From assembly GCA_965367815.1 (NCBI GenBank), contig CBDUKN010000003.1:448-64447 (forward strand): a stretch of 64,000 bases of DNA, read 5' to 3'. Positions 63,419 through 64,000 of the stretch are shown here, piece by piece (within the stretch, counting starts at the first letter, position 1; every line of letters starts with the position of its first letter). The DNA is from an uncultured Thermoprotei archaeon (GTDB lineage: Archaea; Thermoproteota; Thermoprotei; Thermofilales; B15-G2). Below the pieces are notes generated by a model that saw only the letters and a list, made by a program, of their open reading frames with translations, was not told the origin of the DNA and did no database searches. A program made the position numbers and the translations under genes.

Positions 63419-63796
63419 GTGAAGAAAATAGAGCTAATAGTTGCTCTCGCTTATACATTAGCCTTAGCATACTTTTCGCTAGTACCAGTACCTAAAGAAG
63501 TATCAAGTACAGTTAAAGTAAGCGATATTATCCAGCACTTCGCAGCGTACTTCACATTAACTTTTCTCTGGTATATTTTCTGGAGAAAAGTAAAATATTC
63601 ATCTATTCTGTCGCTTGTAGTAGGCGCTCTAACAGAGTTAGCTCAGTCGGCAGTGCCGTATAGAGTATTTAGTTTAGCAGACTTAGCTGCAAATACTGCT
63701 GGTGTAGTAGTGTCTACTTTACTAATTGTGGGAATAAAACACTGTTTGAATACGTTTAAGAATAGAGTGTCAGAAACTGTGTTTAAGTTGAAGTAA
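63419..63796 (+). CDS. VanZ-like small membrane protein
   Basis: GTG start. 125 aa with 4 TM segments. DIIQHFAAYFTLTFLW and ADLAANTAGVV resemble VanZ-family motifs. Confidence 0.55.
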   Translation: MKKIELIVALAYTLALAYFSLVPVPKEVSSTVKVSDIIQHFAAYFTLTFLWYIFWRKVKYSSILSLVVGALTELAQSAVPYRVFSLADLAANTAGVVVSTLLIVGIKHCLNTFKNRVSETVFKLK

Positions 63797-63859
63797 GCTT
63801 TTGGTCTGAAATTACGTCGATTTGATAGCTTTTTATAGTATTTATGTTATGTTCTAACT

Positions 63860-64000
63860 GTGTCTAAAGAATGGGGCCCTCTTTTTAGAGCAGAAGATTA
63901 GGTTAAGTATGCGGCCGAAAGAGAAAAAATAAGTGAGGTTTTTCTGGGAGAGACTCTTGTTGTAACACCTATAGGTAGTATTTACAGTAGTCTAGCAGAG
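63860..64000 (+). CDS. Partial ORF at window edge, start unresolved (in-frame TAG at 63899-63901)
   Basis: Hand translation: GTG(63860)-SKEWGPLFRAED-TAG-VKYAAEREKISEVFLGETLVVTPIGSIYSSLAE, open to nt 64000. There is no ATG/GTG/TTG between the TAG and the window end. Confidence 0.25.

Noticed and set aside
63899-63901. TAG as pyrrolysine or read-through codon
   Set aside because: No pyl machinery is visible and it is not expected in Crenarchaeota. The evidence is a single edge-truncated ORF.
1-64000. CRISPR arrays, IS elements/transposases, integrases, prophage blocks, rRNA or tRNA genes
   Set aside because: I found no regularly spaced repeats of 24-40 nt, no DDE/tyrosine-recombinase-like ORFs and no tRNA-like GC-rich cloverleaf candidates. 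The only GC islands are the three reported RNA/hairpin candidates. This was a by-eye scan, so short or degenerate elements could have been missed.

Overview
Archaeal chromosomal window with about 60 tightly packed genes. Proteins are K/E/I/V/Y-rich and the DNA is AT-rich with a few sharp GC-rich islands. Archaeal-type families are present (Arch_ATPase+DUF234, TM-anchored ABC binding protein, a C/D-box sRNA). This fits a hyperthermophilic, saccharolytic crenarchaeote of the Desulfurococcales type, but the taxon is inference only. I saw no rRNA, tRNA, CRISPR array, transposase or integrase. Gene content: (i) a sugar-utilisation neighbourhood with two GH42-like hydrolases, an Opp/Dpp-class ABC importer, an esterase, three MFS carriers, three Gfo/Idh/MocA oxidoreductases and an MDR dehydrogenase; (ii) toxin-antitoxin pairs (HEPN/MNT and two VapBC); (iii) housekeeping genes (TldD/PmbA, dCTP deaminase, PiT phosphate carrier, ferredoxin, PHP, HAD); (iv) envelope and glycan genes (GT2, GT4, FkbM methyltransferase, radical-SAM/SPASM). 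Most interesting finding: a translationally coupled pair at 23360-28194. It encodes a ~1180-aa secreted protein with an intact gingipain-type (C25) His/Cys dyad, followed by a signal-peptide / beta-domain / coiled-coil / C-terminal-TM protein with SlaB- or tetrabrachion-like stalk architecture. This may be an enzymatic canopy-and-stalk surface module. Other leads: an unannotated C/D-box sRNA (55084-55147, minus strand); two GC-rich hairpin elements sharing a 20-nt core (51365-51422, 56386-56484); an orphan LigD-Pol-type primase-polymerase next to a wHTH protein; a 1057-aa GNAT fusion protein; an MFS transporter fused to a P-loop-degenerate cytidylate-kinase-like domain; a frameshifted gene; and several intergenic palindromes and repeats. 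All family calls rest on motifs read by eye, because no database search was possible.
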